Part shown: positions 30,452 to 45,386 of the stretch, one piece after another | Layout: the number at the start of each line of letters is the position of its first letter | Position numbering within the stretch: the stretch's first letter is position 1 | Assembly (NCBI GenBank): GCA_039096225.1 | Contig: JBBPEB010000003.1 | Coordinates: forward strand, 1,240,001-1,304,000 | Source: Blastocystis sp. Blastoise | Taxonomy: Eukaryota > Protista > Bigyra: Opalinata | Reading direction: 5' to 3' | Length of the DNA: 64,000 bases | Position numbers and translations under genes: made by a program | The notes under the pieces: model-generated | The model's input: the letters and a program-made list of their open reading frames with translations, nothing else | Told to the model about the DNA's origin: nothing | Database searches by the model: none

Positions 30452-31411
30452 ATTGCAAAGATCTATATAAATAAAGAGATGTTCACTTGGTTTCAGAAAT
30501 CTATGTAAAAAAATACATAAGTAAAGGTGTCAAATACAAACAAAAAATAAAGCTTTATACTTTAGGATTTCCTGACAAATTTCTATAACCATGAAATTTC
30601 TTGAGAAAGTTCTTCTTTTTTATTCATAGAAATTTATGAGAAATAACCAATAATTTTGCATCTTTTTAAAAGAATTCGCAAAGAAATATGGAAAAAGACG
30701 AATGATCATTTTTTTTTGAGAAGAAAAAGAAATTCAATAGAAAAGAAAAGTCTTTTAATTATTTAAATAAGATGTTTATTCTTTGGTGAACTACTCTGCT
30801 GATATGAATCATGAGGATTCTAAGAGAATCTGATGACTAGATGTATTTTATTTTGAATTTGGAAGAAGAATGTAATGAATAATTTATAACATTATGTGAT
30901 ATTTCTCATAATATTGTGGTGAAACAAATGAAATGATTGTTTGGGAATGTAGAGAATGATTTTAACTTTTGATGATTTAATAAAGAGTATTTTAGTAAAT
31001 GTGCTTTCTTTAAGATTGGATATTATGAAGATATTTACCCAAGAGTTGCAGTCAGTTTATAGACAAAAGATGAGTTTTTATTTTGTTATTGAAAAGGTTT
31101 AGGATGGTCGATAATTGAGTTAAAAAGGATGAATACAATATTGATTTATATATTTATATAATAAAATATATTTATGAATATCAGTGATCAATTATATTGT
31201 CCTCTTTTGAAATGGATTAGTGTGGTATAATTGTTTTTATAGAATTAGAATAAGAATATGATGATATTCAAAAAAATATTTATTTATTTGAAAATTTGTA
31301 ACAAAACAATGTTTTTATAAATAGATATAGCTATTAAGATAATGAATTAAATATATATATATATATATGGTAAAAAAAGATGAATAGATAGAGTATACTG
31401 TATATAAAGTA

Positions 31412-31503
31412 TTAATTAGTAAGTTTATCTAAAGGACTATCTTCATCACTGAATATATTATTATTATTATTATTATTATTATTAGTAGTAGTAATATTAT
31501 CAG

Positions 31504-31573
<70 letters not shown>

Positions 31574-32701
31574 TTGTTCTAAAGATTCATTTTGATTGGA
31601 TGATTCTACGGTAGATACATCAAATATCTGGTTTCCTTCTTCTAAGAATTTCTTTTCTAGGTGATTTTTAATACAAAAACTTGATATTGTTTCATTTAAA
31701 TCGATATGTTCTGCAGCAAGACGACTTGACAATTGTAAACCTATTTATATACTAATTATATTTATTATTCTAAGAAAATAGTTTTTTCTAAAGGAATATT
31801 TTTAAAAAATACTTTATAAATGAATATTATATAATAAATAATAATAAATAAGATAATAATATAATAATAATAAAGTATACTTTTTAAAGGAATAGTAACA
31901 ATTTCATCTTCATCTTGAGTAATGATTCCTTTCAATTCCAATAAATTCACTTGACGTAAATATTCAACACGATTCAACTTTTTTGTATGAGCAGGTAAAT
32001 GCATCTATATATATATATATATTTTGTATAAAAATAATTGAATTATTCAACTAATAATAATAAACATATAATAATAATAAACATATAATAATAATATTAA
32101 TAATAATAAACATATAATAATAATAAACATATAATAATAATAAACATATAATAATAATAATAATAATAAACATATAATAATAATAAATAATTACAAGACT
32201 CATATAATTATCAAAGCCTTTTCTATTTTCCATTTTATTTGATTTTGTTTCTTGAGCAACCAACCATAATGATAGTAAAGTGTAACAAGTTTCACTTTTA
32301 TTTGGAGGTATATACGATGAGACAGATGTACTCTCTTTTGAAACCAATTTAGGCTCATTGTTTTCATCCTTATCTTTTGTTGATGATTTTGAAGGCTTCT
32401 TCTTCTCATTAAAGATCTCAGCTAGAACAAGCATAGTCCATCGACCAACTCCTGATATATCAGCAAATTCTTTTGATGAAACATATTTCTTTTCAGATCT
32501 AAGTTAAATAAAATAATATATTATGATCACTATATCAATTAAATCATAAATATACTTCGCAACAATGTTAATTACTCGTTGAAGTGTCTTGACCATAAAT
32601 GGCTTATTATCTGACTCAGATTTCTGCTTTCTAGCCATCAACTCCATGTATAAGAAATCATTTTCATGATTCTTACAATTTGTTTCTTTTATCTCTGACA
32701 T
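31412..32701 (-). CDS. MUS81-N-terminus-like protein (HhH and winged helix), no ERCC4 domain seen
   Basis: Spliced product CKNHENDFLYMEL...KTLQRVINIVAKSEKKYVSSKEFADISGVGRWTMLVLAEIF...YIPPNKSETCYTLLSLW resembles the MUS81 N-terminal HhH and WH domains. Stop at 31412. Confidence 0.65.
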
Positions 32702-33931
32702 ATCAAAACTAATAAAATAAAAATATCATAAATTTTTTCGTGGGTTTTTTTTGTTCTTTAATTACGTTACTATAAAATTCTGAAATAAATCATAAATGTA
32801 AACCTTACATGATCTCATGCAATGTGTCAATCGTATGAAATTGTTTGTCTATGCAATTCATTACATATTTTTTTTTAATCTTATAAATCTATACTCGCCA
32901 GATTCAACTAATATATGAAATTCTATTTAGGGATGAACTAAGATGGATTGTATATAAAATTCATTAGTCAATGGAACCTTTTCATTATTCACTGTTTATA
33001 AATGATTGCAAACAATATTTTCGCTATCTAGAACTGATTGAAAAACATATTCTAATCACAGATTTGATTGAAATATATAATTGATTGTCATATACCGTTT
33101 CTTTTTATTGTCTACTCTTCAATATTATAGGAAATGAGTGCTAATGATATTATAAGTATCAATTGCTGCTATAATTGCAAGAGAATGATGCTCTATCTAC
33201 TGTTAAATGGTCATGAGTAAAATAAAACCTGCGTTTCTCCTTTATAATGAATGAAATATATTATATGGTTCTCCTTATGTCATGCATGTTTTAAAATATC
33301 TAAAGATTCTTCGTTCTTCATTTTACAACTTGTATATCTTTAAAAAGTGAAGAAGAAACACAACATGATTAAAAATTGAATTGATTCTTCGCTTTTTAAA
33401 ATATTATCTGGTTTTATTTTTAAAACTGTGTTTGAAAAATTGCTAAGATCATTGGTTTCATTGATTGATCTAAAGATTGGTTCAACCAATAGTCTTTTTG
33501 TTTGATTTATTTTGAGCTTATGCTTTAGATTGAATGAATTTGAATGGTTACATATATAACAAATCGCTCTATAAGGCATTTGCAAACTCTTATGTTGAAA
33601 AACAAATTCATGATGAGAAGAATATTATTAGTGAATCATTGTCGTTTAACTTCTCTTGGTCTTCCATTCTTTCAAATAATTGAACTCTTAGTGGAAGAGA
33701 GCGAATTCTGCTATATTAAATGAAGAATCATGAGTAAAAACGAAGAAAATCAAAAACGAAGTTTTGCTAAATTCAAGTTTTAGTAAATGAGGAAAATGAA
33801 ACTGGATTGTTTCACTATAGAACGAAACTGGGTTTTGATGTCCTTTTTGTTTTTTTTAATATTGCCAATGAATTCATATTTATTTTATTTTATTTTAAAT
33901 AAATAATAAAGAATATACTTCTTCTTTAAAG

Positions 33932-36900
33932 ATGAAAGCTTTTTTATTGTTTCCATTCCTAATTAGTCTTGCATTTGCTATTAATGGTATGAATAAATAC
34001 TTCAATATATATAAAGTCAAACTCTATAGTCAAGAACACATGCTCCTATCCGCTGACACCTATTCTGGTGAGAATTCGTTCTGAACATAATATTGATTAT
34101 ATGTTTGATATTTATCAAGGATATAATAATAATCTTACTGAAGGGAAATATGTTATGCGATATGCTGGTGGAGAACATGAACTGTATACTGAAAGAACTT
34201 GGTCCTTATGTATTCAATATGAAAAGATATATACTTTGAATGTGACTACTTATGCGTATCTATAAATATTATAATTATTTTATCATTGATTCTATATATA
34301 TATAGAGATTATAGATGGTATGAAACTGATGCTGTATCAGTCACTCACATGGGAAAACTTATTTGGTATGGTAATAATTATTTGTATCGTTTCTCTGCTT
34401 ATACACTCTTCCTTTTCAGACGTATATATATGCTATTTTTTATTTTATTATTTTTTATTTATTATTTTTTATTTTTTATTTTTTATTTATTTATTATTGT
34501 TTTTTATTTATTTATTATTTATTTATTATTATTATTTATTATTTATTATTATTATTTATTATTTATTATTATTATATATTATTTATTAACTATTATATAT
34601 TATTTATTAACTATTATATATTATTTATTAACTATTATATATTATTTATTAACTATGATATATTATTTATTAACTATTATATATTATTTATTAACTATTA
34701 TATAGTTCCAAAGCCATCTCGTATATATTCTTCTTTATATACAACAGCTGCTCAATTCTCTGATATGTGGCATATGAATGATTATTTTTATGAACATTAT
34801 GAAGAACCTCCTTATTTTGGATGGCCAGAGTACTCAAATCATTTAAATTATACTTCAAATGTTATTACTACTTATTTTAAATATTCTTTTGATAATCCTA
34901 TTACTTACAGATATTTACGTTTTGTTATTGAAACAAGATTTAGCTTTATTTTATATGCTGGTGATTTAGAAGTTTTCAGATACGGTCTTCCTATGTATAT
35001 ATATTATTATATAAAATATTATTATTATATATTATTATATATATTGTATATTATATATTATTATACTATTCTATACTATTATATATATATATATATAGGG
35101 GTGAAATAACACCATTTACAGAAGGTACTGAATGTTCTGATACTCCTAGACAAGTCATGTATATCTATATAATAACTATTATTTTGTTATTTTCTACTCT
35201 ATTTATATATATTATTATATAATAATTTTTTTTTATTTAAAAATATAATCTATATATATAATATATATATAGTGTGGGTGTTCCTTTCTTCTACTGGAAG
35301 CATTGGGATTATCCTGATTTAACTATAGATATAGAAACCCATCGATGCCAGAAACCTGCTCCAGGAACAAACTCTACTGAATCTTTTACTATTACTATTG
35401 ATGCTATGAAACTTGAAGGAGGTATATATTTATAATAATAATAATAATTATTATTATATATATATATATTTCAGTCAATATTCTAAATATATACACTACT
35501 TTTTATAATAAAACTAAAAAAATAATTTATTCACTCTATATATATAGAATTTGATATTGAATATTATGAGCCTATTAGTCCAGTTTCTGTTACAGCCACG
35601 TGTACTCCTGATTCTGAAGAATTCGAAGAACGTTGTTTACAAATAACTTCTTTATGGCCTATAACTCATTATTATAATCGTGTTACTCCTTCTGCTACTG
35701 TTATATTAGAATTCCAAGATAATGCTTATTTATATTTTAATGCTTATAGTTTTATGAAAGATGATCATTTTAGAAACGAAAGTGCTCCTACTGCTTGGGA
35801 AGTGTATGGATATAATGTTACTTTAAATTCTTGGATTATTCTTGATGCTGAACGATTCATTGATTTAAATCAAAATGTTACTTTCTATAATACAAAAGTA
35901 TTACATCAAATTTTCCATAAAATTAAATTTATATTTACTGCAAGTGCTAGTGGTGTAGATATAGCTATTCCTCATATAAAATTCTGGTTTGATCATGTTT
36001 ATGATACAGTTTTAGGAGGTCGTCCTGTATTTAGTTTATTCCATCGTAAATTTATTGGTTATTCTCATCATTATCACGGAGACCCACGTTATTATGGAGA
36101 ACAAATTGTATTATTCCCTGATAAGGAATTCTTTACTACTCCTGAAAGTTTAGAATATTTTGTAGATTTAGATTACAGAACCAATGTTTTAATGCCTGGA
36201 GATGATCCTATACCTTTTAGAATGAGTCTTGCTTTCTATTGGGATTATTTATATGATAGACTTATTCCTGCAATAAGTGATCTTTGTACTAATTGTACTC
36301 TTGCAGAAGTTGACGAATTAATGAAAAACCAAACTGCAAGCGGCTCAAAATGTGAAGTTCGCGTCCCACAAACTTTTACTGGCACTATTACTGTTACTAG
36401 TAATTGTACTGCTATTTATCGTGATAAAAATGGTGAAATTATTTATCCATTCAATACTATAAGTAATTCTGAATCTAATAATGATAATTCTGAATCTAAT
36501 AATAATAATTCTGAATCTAATAATGATAATTCTGAATCTAATAATGATAATTCTGAAGATACTAGTACTACAGAAAATACTACTAGTCAGTCTACTACAG
36601 AAAATACTACTACAGAAAATACTACTCCTGAAAGTACTACTACTCCTGAAAGTACTACTACTCCTGAAAGTACTAGTACTACTGAGTCTACTACTACTCC
36701 TGAAAGTACTACTCCTGAAACTACTGAAACTACAACAACTACTACTCTTCCTGAGTCTACTACTACAGAAAATACTACTACTGAAACTACTACTTCTGAA
36801 AATACTCCTGAGTCTACTACTCCTGAAACTACTACTACTACTACTTCTGAAACTCCTGAGTCTACTACTACAGAAAATACTACTACTGAAAATACTACTA

Positions 36901-37061
36901 CTGAAACTACTACTACTGAAAATACTACTACTGAAACTACTACTCCTGAAACTCCTTCTACAACTGCAACTACTAATGCTTCTCTTCCTACTTCAACTTT
37001 AGTTTCTACACCTGAAGAAACACAAAATCAAGTTCAAAATGCTCGTCATCTTCGACACTAA
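33932..37061 (+). CDS. Secreted multi-exon protein with mucin-like Thr/Glu/Pro/Ser C-terminal repeats
   Basis: Signal peptide MKAFLLFPFLISLAFAIN, GT-AG introns, last exon ending in TTPES/TTEN repeats. The N-terminal region resembles the neighbouring gene at 38250. Confidence 0.75.
34575..34703. repeat. Intronic 21-bp minisatellite, about 6 copies
   Basis: Tandem TATTATATATTATTTATTAAC units. Confidence 0.8.
36465..36960 (+). repeat. Coding tandem repeats (NSESNND x4, then TTPES/TTTEN units)
   Basis: Visible in DNA (ACTACTCCTGAA, ACTACTACTGAAAAT) and in translation. Confidence 0.85.
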
Positions 37062-38249
37062 TGTAAAAGAATCTATTTTATTTATATGTATATACTACTT
37101 TCAATATTCTTCTGATTTCATTTCTTTTTTTTTTGTTTTAATTTCTATATTTATCATAATTTTATATATTTATATTAATAACTATTTATCATTATAATTC
37201 TCATACAACATTCTATTTCTTTATTAAAAATCTTTGATATTTATTAATACCATTTCTGATTTTATCTTCATTCTATATATATATCACATAATAAAGATTT
37301 CTTTTCTTGTTTTTTTTAACAACGAAAACTATATGATTTCTATTTTTTTTCTCTCTATTTTTTATTCATTCATTTATATATACTCTCTATATGACTTATT
37401 ATATCATTTCAAACTTATTTAGTTTCTATGATTCTTCTGTTTAAAGTCTTTATTAAAAGAAAATAAAAGAGTTTTGTTTAGTGTTTTTTTTTTCCAAAAT
37501 AATATATTCTTATTGATTTACAATTTATTAAAACACTTAAAAATAGAATAAGAGACAAAATAAAGTACTAATAAATTAAAAATATTCAAAAGTCGTGGAA
37601 ATCACTTTTTTTCTTCTTTTGTTTATCCTCATCATTCTTCGGAACAGAATAATCCACTGTTTATATACAAGATATGAGGGCACTTTTTCCTTGAAAACTT
37701 TTTAGTATTGTCATTCTCAAAAAAATAAGTTTATCTTCATATGAAAAAAACTACTTATTCTTTTGAAGAGGGAAGACACATGAATAGTTTATCATATATA
37801 TTGATTTTGATCTATATTAAGAATGAAAATGAATAAATGAATCATCAAACTAGAATAACCTCAAAACAACACTTCTTCAGAAATACTAAAAATGATTTTC
37901 ATTAATATTGAGTGTTTTGTTATAATCTATATATCATCATAAAGACAAAGAGATTCTACTCTGTGTATACATAAAAAAAATAGAAAAATATATAAAATCA
38001 ATGAATAAATCAATGATAAATACAAAATAAACGAAGAAAAAAGAAAAATGACAGAACCTGTAGAAGCTAGGATTCCTCGAGGAATTTCAACAATTCTATC
38101 ACATTTGACTTCGTCTTTTTAGTAATTATTCTTTGATTGAGAGAAGAAACAATAATATTTTATAAGTTATACATATTGACTCTAGTTGGTCTATTTTAAT
38201 TTTAAGTGTTACTACACTTCTTTAGATCTATAGGAGTCCATATACAAAC

Positions 38250-41200
38250 ATGCGCGCGTTCACAATTATTCTTTTTTACGTTGCAACTTGTATATAAATC
38301 AATATATTCTATATAAAGATTTATAACAGGTTGCTCTATTTGTATATTTCCCAAAGAGGAAATGCAACTTGTTTTCAATGTGAAACAAGAATCCTCACTA
38401 AATATCACAATATCGAAAGAATATGATGCTATGGAGAATGAAGGTATTATTCTTTTCTATTCCAAATTGAAGAAAGAACCTCATTCTTCACCATTGACTG
38501 TTTGTTTAATTCCTAATAATACATATATCATCTCGACATCATTCTCGTATTTAAATGTTTATATATTCTTATTCTCATTTAAACTATCTATTTTTTTTTT
38601 ATAGTGATGTCTCATCAAATGATACTGCGCCTCTTCTCTCTCTTTATTATCATTCACATTTGATTGAAAAGTTAATTATACCTATCTCGAACTATTCAAA
38701 CTCGTATTCATCATCTCTTGTTCATAGTATATAATATATATTTTTATTATTATGTTTTTTTTTTATCATTATTATGATAATTATCTTTATTATTATAATT
38801 ATATTATTATTATAACTATATTATTATTATAACATATTATTATGATAATTATCTTAATTATTATTATCTTTATTATTATAACTATTATTATTATAATTCT
38901 ATTAATATTATAACTATATTTATTCTTCTAATAGTTCCTTCTATATTGCCTCTATATTCAAAGTTATCAAATTTTCAATGTACAACATTTACATTATATT
39001 TCAGTTTTTCTGAACATAGAAAACCTACTTCTTATTCTATCTTGCAATATCCATCATTCAATTTATTATTTAATGATACTATACCTGTAAATCAACTAAA
39101 TTATGAATTTACATATTGTTTAATTTCTGATGATTATATATTATATATACTTTCAGATATTGGAGAAACATGGGAAAATAGTTATATAACCATAACCTTA
39201 GAGAATGGTATAAATATACTAAGAGAATCATTAGAAAGAGGACAAATTGAAGATTTTATTCCTTTCTATTTAAATCCTTTTATTCAAAAAGGAGAACAAA
39301 TATGGTCCTATTGGAATACTATTACAGATCCCCCTCCTGGGTGGAACACAAATGGCTTTGATGATACTTTATGGCCTAAAAGTTTCTCTACCCAATTCCC
39401 TAGTCCTGAGGGATCCGTACAATATTATCGAACTTCTATAACTCTTTCTTCTTCTGTTTATTCGTCAATATTAGCATTAGATTTGATTTTTTATATTTAT
39501 TCAGGTATAATTGTGTATTTGAATAATATAGAAATCTTTCGATTTAATATGAATGTAAATGATAATCATTGTTACACATATATAAATAATAAGAATAAGA
39601 ATATATATATGGAAGATATAAATGAGTATTTTGATAATACTCTTTCTGATTCTTCTTCTATTTCTTCTTCTTCTATTTGTGTTACTAAAGAATATCAATA
39701 TACACATATAGTAAGAACTACTATAGATCTACATAATCGTAATCTTTGGAAACAAATTGAATCCAGTACTAATCTGATTTCTGTTGAATTACATAAATAT
39801 CAATCTTTACCTAAATATAATGATTTTGATATTATTATTAATCCAATGGGTTCAACAACGAAACCTACTTTTCTACCTATATATACAATTACTTCTTCAT
39901 CTCAACCTGTCCTGACAACTACTCTTACTTCTCTTCTATCTACTTCTTTAAATACTACATATATAACTTCTTCTTCTTGTGTTGGTCTAACTATATATCT
40001 CTCTTCTACTCAAGGTCAACAATATATAGTGACTCAATATACTATTATACTTGGACATTTAAATTATATATATCCTACTTCATGGACTTTAGAAGTATTT
40101 GATAGCATTCATAATAATTGGAAAACTATACATTCTATATATAGTTATTCTATAGTAGAAGATCAACAATCGATTACATTCTCATTTCCTAATGATTTAG
40201 CTTCTGATCAATATAGAATTATTTTCTATAAATGCGAAAGCAAACAAATGTTATATGATGATAATAATAATAATAATAGTAATATCTCAGATAATAATAG
40301 TAATATCTCAAATAATAATAATAATATCTCAAATAATAATAAAAATATCTCAGATAATAATAATAATGACGATAATAATAATATACAAGCAACTACATTA
40401 TATACTGAATTAACTAGTATACAATTTTATTATACATATATACCTAAAGATTGTGAAGGTATAGATGATTTTTCTTCTTCTACTAATAATAATCTATCTT
40501 ATAAATCATGTCCTTTTGGATATATAGGTAGTTATTCTCGTTTATGTATAGGAAACCACTTAGAAGATACAATTAAAACAAATTGTATTCTTTCTCCTCC
40601 TTATGATCTTTCTATACCTAATACTTATTCTACTAAAACATATATGTGGATATCTATTCCTATTACTATTCAAGGTCTATATATGAATATTACTATTACT
40701 CCTTCTCTTCCTTCTACACTCACATTTTCATTAGAACAACAACTTTTATATGGATATATTAAAGATTATTCTTTTACTAAATATATATTTACATTTTCGA
40801 ATCCCGCGGGAATGATTCAAAGTACATTATCGTTAGTAGCTACAGAATTAAATTGTAGAGCTGATGGCATTTGGCCAGAATCACATGTGAATTCTACTAT
40901 TCAAACATCATGTACGGATGATTCATTCGAAGGATATATACAACGCACGTGCTTTCTAGATGATACTAACCAATCAAAATGGTCCTCAATTATTTCTTAT
41001 TGTATGCCTAAAAAACCTTCTATCGCTTATTCTACTTCTATATATACATTTTATTTACATGTATCCATTTCTCCATTATACCCTATATTTTCTCATGGTT
41101 TAATGGCTACATTCTTTGTTACTCCTTCTCTTCCTGAAGGATTATCATTAAATACAACAACGGGTGTTATTTCTGGTATACCCAATAATCTTATGGCATC

Positions 41201-43019
41201 TACTCCTTATTTAGTACATATAAAGAATGCAGGAGGAACAGATAGTATATTATTAAGACTACAAATAGTAAAAGCTATATGTAATAAAGAAGGTGAATGG
41301 GTTGCTACTATTGTTGGAGAAATTGCTACTGCACCTTGCTTAGAGAGTAATCAACAAGGAAATAGGATACGTTTCTGTCAAGATACAAATCCCCCTCAAT
41401 GGAGTTCAATTACAGATACTTGTAAACCTTACACTCCTGTATTATTATATCCTACATATGGTATAGAAGGTATATTGAAATCTCCATTAAAACCACTGGT
41501 ACCATCATTTCTATCTACAAGTATTCTTCCACCTCAAATTAAACCAGAACTCCCCGCGGGAATCACAATAAATAATACATATTGTATATTTGGTACTCCT
41601 AGTGTTTCTCTTCCTCTTACTACATTTTATATTACTATTCGTTTAAATGATATTACTACTACAATTCCTATTACTATTGTTATTAAGAAGAATATGTGTG
41701 CTGCTGATTCTCCATGGAATAGTATTTCTACTGGTGAAACACAAACGATTCCCTGTTCAAATTCAGAATTATATACTGGATATCAATCACGTGATTGTTT
41801 AGAATCCCCCACTCCTCATTGGGGAAACATTACTGTTAATTGTGTTCCCAAACCTCCAACAGTATTTTATCCTGAATCTAGTATTATAAGTACTGTTTTA
41901 TCTCCTTTGAAACCACTTATTCCTATATATACAGGTGCAGAATTATCTCATTATACAATTGATCCTCTTCCTCCTTCTTCTCTTCATTTTAATATTTCCA
42001 CGGGAATTCTTACAGGAACACCACAAGAAGAAATTCATGATATATATACAATACAATTAATAAATGTTAGAGGGGATCAGACTTCATTTATTATTTCTAT
42101 TTCTATCTCTTATATTTATTGTGAAAAAGATAATATTTGGGATAAGACGCAACGTGGAGAAACTATATATTTATCATGCCCTTTAAAACAATATGGTATT
42201 CAATGGAGAACATGCCATTCCCGCGGGAATGAGGCTTATTGGGGTCGAATAGAAAATTCAAATTGTCAAGAGACTACATTCTTTGAGTTAAATCAAAATG
42301 AAAATGCTGTGCTATTTATTAAATTAATATTAAATAATATAACAAGAAGTCAATTCGAAGATCCTTTTACTCAATATCAATTTATTTCTTTATTTGATTT
42401 ATTTATGAATCAATTAACATTTCCTTTAGGATCTTTATATATTACTAATATATCTCCTTATCAATCTATATATACACATTCGTTATTAATTACACTAAAC
42501 TTAAAAACATTTCAGAAAACTTCAGAAACTCTCCTTGCTGCTTTAGTGCAATATATAAATCAAAATAATAATACATTTATTTCAATATGTAAAGAAAATC
42601 ATTATATATATTTACAACATCTTCAATCTATAGAATTATCTTCTTCATCTCTTGTTTCTTCATCAAATTTCTCTTCTATTTCTATACTTATTTATTGTAT
42701 TATAGCTGTTCTTCTTCTTGCTATTCTTATTCCTTGTTGTATATCGATATATAATCAAACAACAGAAAAGAAGAATAAGAATAAGAATAAAAATAATAAT
42801 ATAATTGATATATGCTTCTGTTTACCAAAGAAAATACATTCTTATAATCATATTCATAAAGATGATATTCAAAATATAGAAGAAGAAAATAATCATGGGA
42901 ATAATAATGAACATATTCATAGAAACTCTATTCCTCATGAAGATAATCGCGGGAATATAGTTCAAATGATTCCACTTCAAGTTATTCCTGATAAAGAACA
43001 TATTTACCCTCCTTTTTAA
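38250..43019 (+). CDS. Large type I membrane/surface protein with alternating Cys-rich HRM-like modules and He_PIG (putative Ig) domains
   Basis: Spliced signal peptide MRAFTIILFYVATCCS. Five C-x-W-x-C-x-R-x-C modules alternate with PSLPEGLSLNTTTGVISGIP-type He_PIG motifs. TM helix ISILIYCIIAVLLLAILIPCCISIY near the C-terminus. Confidence 0.8.
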
Positions 43020-43514
43020 ATTATTATTATATATATATATTTTTTTTATTTCTTAAATTTTTATATGTATATATTTATATTTGCTACATATGTGTATATT
43101 TTGTATTCTATGTATATATGATATATATGTATATATTTATATATATATATATATTTTATTTTTGTTTTCTTACTTCCTATCTGTTTCAATGATTCATTAA
43201 ATATAAATAATAAAATTTTTGTATATATACAAAAATAAATAGTTTATATTGTTATATATTAGTTTTTATTTCATTTCAATTCATTTTGAATATTCTGTTT
43301 TTCTTTTTTTATAATTTTTGTTTTGTTAATAGATAGATTCTCAAAGAAAATGCCAAAAAAGTTAAAAAGTAAAAGAGAAAAAAAAATATATTGTTTTTTT
43401 AACAAAATATAAACTATACATAGAATATATAGAAGACAAAAAAAAAATAACACATATAAATATAAATAATGAAATAACAATATAAATGAATGACGGACAA
43501 CACAAATTTCAATT

Positions 43515-44741
43515 TTAATTCTTCTTTTTATTCATAAATTTTTTCTATAGAAATAATAATTTTTATTAATAATAATATATGTTTAATAGTGATTAGAAAT
43601 AGAATAACTTTTTAGTCTAATGTATCAAATAAACATATATATATAGTAATATTGGTTTTAATATATATATAGTGTATATATATATATATAATGTTTACCA
43701 AAATTACATAATTAAAATATTATTATAATTATATACTTGAACAGGCTTAGATTGTTGAACTGGCTTAGATTTCTCTATATATATGTATATATAATATATA
43801 ATAATAATATATATATATACTTTGTGTATTCACTTTATTATTTTGCTTAAAGTTATTATTCTTGTTATTCTTATTATTATTATTCTTATTATTCTTATTC
43901 TTATTATTATTCTTATTATTATTTTTATTATTATTATTCTTATTTTGTTTATTAAATTGATTAGATTTTTGTTTCTTTATTTGTTTTGAAACAGGCTTTT
44001 TAACTTCTTCTTCTTCTTCTTCTTCTTCACTATTATCATCATCTATCATTTCTTCTTCTTCATCTTCACTATTATTACTATCTATCATTTCTTCTTCTTC
44101 TTCTTCTTCTTCTTCTTCTTCTTCTTCTTCTTCTTCTTCTTCTTCATCATCACCGCTATTAATACTTTCAAAATCATCAGCTAAAATACCATCACTCTCT
44201 TCTTCTTCTTCTTCTTCTTCTTCTTCTTCACTATTATTATCATTATCCATAATCAATTCTTCTTCTTCATCATCATCTTCACTATTATTATTATTCTTTT
44301 GTTGTTTATTATATTTCTTATTCTTATTTGGTTTTTCTTGGACTTTATCTTCTTCATCTATTTCACCTGTAACACGTAACATATCATTTATATCAAACTA
44401 TATATATATATATCATATTACTAGTATATATATATATATATATATACACCATATTCATTATCATCATCAGCTTCTTCAGGTTCCTCATTATCTTTCTATA
44501 TATATAATAATAATAAATATAATAATAATAAAAATATAATAAAAATTAAAATATAATAATAATACATATAAAAATATACATCAGTTCCTTTATTATTTCT
44601 CTTAGCAATCTTAGCTTGAGTTTGAGCTAAAAGTTTTTTATATTTTCTACCATTCACATGAGCTTCAACTTCTTCAGGAATCTAAATAAAAAATATATAA
44701 AAATAAAAATAAAAATAAAATAAAATAAAAACAAAAATAAA

Positions 44742-44772
<31 letters not shown>

Positions 44773-44782
44773 TAAAAATAAA

Positions 44783-44813
<31 letters not shown>

Positions 44814-45198
44814 TAAAAATAAAAATAAAAATAAAAAATAAAAATAAAATCACCATACTTTATTTAAAATTTGTTTTGTAATAGTACAAAATAACTTCTT
44901 ACTATCTTTCTTGTGAGGAATAATCCATGGTTCATATTTTGTAAAATCTTGAGAATACCTAATAAAAAAGAAAAACAAAAATAACATAAAATGTAAAAAA
45001 ACAAGTATATAATAAAAAATAAAGAGAAATTTACCATTCTTTAGCTTTTAAATATTTCTTAGTTGTCATATATTTATTGACTTCCTCCATTTTTAAAGGT
45101 AAATCATGACCTGTTAATTTACAATGGACTTTTCCATTAGGTCCAAATTCAAATTCACTACTACTCTCGACAAACTTCAATAATTCAGCCTCTACCAT
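43515..45198 (-). CDS. SURF2: Surfeit locus protein 2 homolog
   Basis: Spliced N-terminus NGKVHCKLTGHDLP...KKYLKAKEWYSQDFTKYEPWIIPHKKDSKKLFCTITKQILNKIPEEVEAHVNGRKY, then an acidic tail. The 3' end is approximate. Confidence 0.85.
44696..44850. repeat. Intronic (TAAAAA)n hexamer microsatellite
   Basis: Directly visible inside a SURF2 intron. Confidence 0.85.
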
Positions 45199-45386
45199 AT
45201 TCAATACCTTTCCTTTGAAAAGAAAATAACTATTATAGAATTATATATTTTTTGTTGGTTAAATTATGGAAATCCGAATAACCACGGTAATTTTTGGTTT
45301 ATTAGGCAAAATTAAATAAATTTACTTTTTTAATTAAACAGCACTTTTCATTCTTACTTGTTTCTTTTCGTGAAGGTTTTGTGATA

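Noticed and set aside
30810-30840. ATGAGGA...CTGA box C/D-like motif with a small hairpin
   Set aside because: Too short for a guide snoRNA and likely to arise by chance.
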